NCBI RefSeq assembly: GCF_002006355.2
Contig: NZ_CP096980.1
Span: 1,323,731-1,347,730 of the forward strand
Origin: Clostridium felsineum DSM 794
GTDB lineage: Bacteria > Bacillota > Clostridia > Clostridiales > Clostridiaceae
DNA length: 24,000 nt
Direction of reading: 5' to 3'
How positions within the stretch are numbered: position 1 is the first letter of the stretch; every line of letters begins with the position of its first letter. The notes beneath the pieces were generated by a model. The model had not been told where the DNA came from. It worked only from the letters and a program-made list of their open reading frames with translations, and did no database searches. Shown piece by piece: positions 23,013-24,000 of the stretch. A program made the position numbers and the translations under genes.

Positions 23013-24000
23013 CTACTTTTGTATGGTCTCCACAAGCTTCTTTACAATGTCCTGCATTTCCTCTATTGCCTTAAGAATTTCACCTATATTTTCATTCTGC
23101 TGTTCAATATTTCCTAGAATCTCTTCACTTGAAGCTGCATGCTGCTCGGACATACTTGATATAAAATCCATTTCCTCTTCAATATCTTTGAACAGGTCAG
23201 TTATATTATTTATCATTCTAGTTTCATCAAATATATTTAGTTTATTTGTATTAAAGGAACTAACTACAAAATTAAATTTGTTTAAAACATCATAAACTAG
23301 AGTAAAGCTTTCCTTGGCAGCTAAATTTCCTTTTGCAACTTTATTGAAGGTTTCGTTTGTTATCAAGTTTATTTCTTCAATAATTTCATTTATATTGTTG
23401 ACCATTTCAGAGCTGCTGGTTGCAAGTTTATTTATTTCATCTGCTACTATAGCAAAACCACGTCCTGCTTCACCAGCCTTTGCGGCTTCTATATTAGCGT
23501 TTATAGAAAGAAGATTTGTTTGGTCGGCTATGCGTTTAATAGAACTCAAAAATTTTGTTATTTTACCAGCACTTTCTTGGAGCTTTATTACGGTTTCAAG
23601 AGAGGAATCCACAGCATCCTTAACGACTCTTACCTTATCACACATAGTGTTTATTTTATCGGTACCTTCTTTTATATTATCATTTAGTGTTATTTCTGAT
23701 TCTTTGATACCATTTGAAAGCTCTTCAACTTTAACTTCTTTTTGAAAAACTGTTTGTATTTTATTAGATATAGTTAATATACTTTTGGCTTCTTCACTTA
23801 TCCCTTCGGCATTTTCGTTTACAGCTTGTGTTATTTCACCGCTGGATTGTTTTAGACCAATTAGATTTAAATCGAAGCTTTTTAGATTTTTATCTAGTAC
23901 AGTTGAAGTTTCAGAAATCAAGTCCATTGAAGCTTCTAAATTTTTTATCAATTTTTGGGTTTCCAAATCTTTTTTTTGTAGAGATTTTGTTAAGGCATTA
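23013..24000 (-). CDS. Methyl-accepting chemotaxis protein, C-terminal signalling domain (N-terminus lies beyond the window)
   Basis: The conserved hairpin-tip motif [27 protein letters not shown] is present. The frame stays open upstream of the TTG at 23966 (…[17 protein letters not shown]…) as far as base 24000, so the gene is 5'-truncated by the window. Confidence 0.85.
   Translation of the reverse strand, partial: NALTKSLQKKDLETQKLIKNLEASMDLISETSTVLDKNLKSFDLNLIGLKQSSGEITQAVNENAEGISEEAKSILTISNKIQTVFQKEVKVEELSNGIKESEITLNDNIKEGTDKINTMCDKVRVVKDAVDSSLETVIKLQESAGKITKFLSSIKRIADQTNLLSINANIEAAKAGEAGRGFAIVADEINKLATSSSEMVNNINEIIEEINLITNETFNKVAKGNLAAKESFTLVYDVLNKFNFVVSSFNTNKLNIFDETRMINNITDLFKDIEEEMDFISSMSEQHAASSEEILGNIEQQNENIGEILKAIEEMQDIVKKLVETIQK

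Noticed and set aside
22894-23745. Plus-strand ORFs at 22894-23295 and 23314-23745
   Set aside because: The first starts in the intergenic terminator region and runs antisense into the MCP gene. The second is entirely antisense to the conserved MCP signalling domain. The Ser/Ile/Phe-rich products are typical shadow ORFs.
1-24000. Looked for CRISPR repeats, tRNA/rRNA genes, IS elements or transposases, integrases, toxin-antitoxin pairs and recognisable phage-defence genes
   Set aside because: I found no regularly spaced repeats, cloverleaf-type GC-rich segments, DDE/recombinase-like ORFs or terminal inverted repeats. The only repeats are the intragenic duplication, the promoter-region motifs and the hairpins listed above. 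A by-eye scan cannot exclude small ncRNAs.

Overview
An AT-rich, Clostridium-like chromosomal segment (taxonomy inferred from composition, GGAGG-type RBSs and gene content) with about 21 supported protein genes. I saw no rRNA, tRNA, CRISPR array, transposase or integrase. Left to right: (i) the 3' end of a TPR protein, two ~100-aa Esx/WXG100-like helical proteins, a BLIP/DUF3862-like lipoprotein, and a small membrane protein followed by a truncated paralog. (ii) Two paralogous LysR + enzyme + MFS modules. One is LysR <> 2-enoate-reductase-family flavoenzyme, then an MFS gene behind an intervening hairpin. The other is LysR <> type I dehydroquinase (aroD) - YdiB-type quinate/shikimate dehydrogenase - MFS. 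Both divergent promoters carry an ATAG-N7-CTAT LysR-type box about 65 bp upstream of the predicted transcription start. (iii) An OmpR-type response regulator and histidine kinase divergent from a three-component glycosylation operon (GT2 polyprenyl-phosphate glycosyltransferase, GtrA-like, GT39/ArnT-like GT-C enzyme), with TTAAGAAA direct repeats at 11-bp phasing in the shared intergenic region. (iv) Housekeeping and sporulation genes: GNAT, YfcE-like phosphodiesterase, a coiled-coil protein, DbpA-type DEAD-box helicase, and a LysM-LysM-GH18 YaaH/SleL-like cortex hydrolase. (v) A secreted protein made of two near-identical jelly-roll-like domains flanking a Big_2 domain. (vi) The C-terminal part of a methyl-accepting chemotaxis protein running off the right edge. 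The most interesting candidates are the hydroaromatic-acid (quinate/shikimate) plus enoate-reductase island and the TCS-controlled envelope glycosylation module. All family assignments rest on motif recognition and remembered family sequences. No database search was possible.
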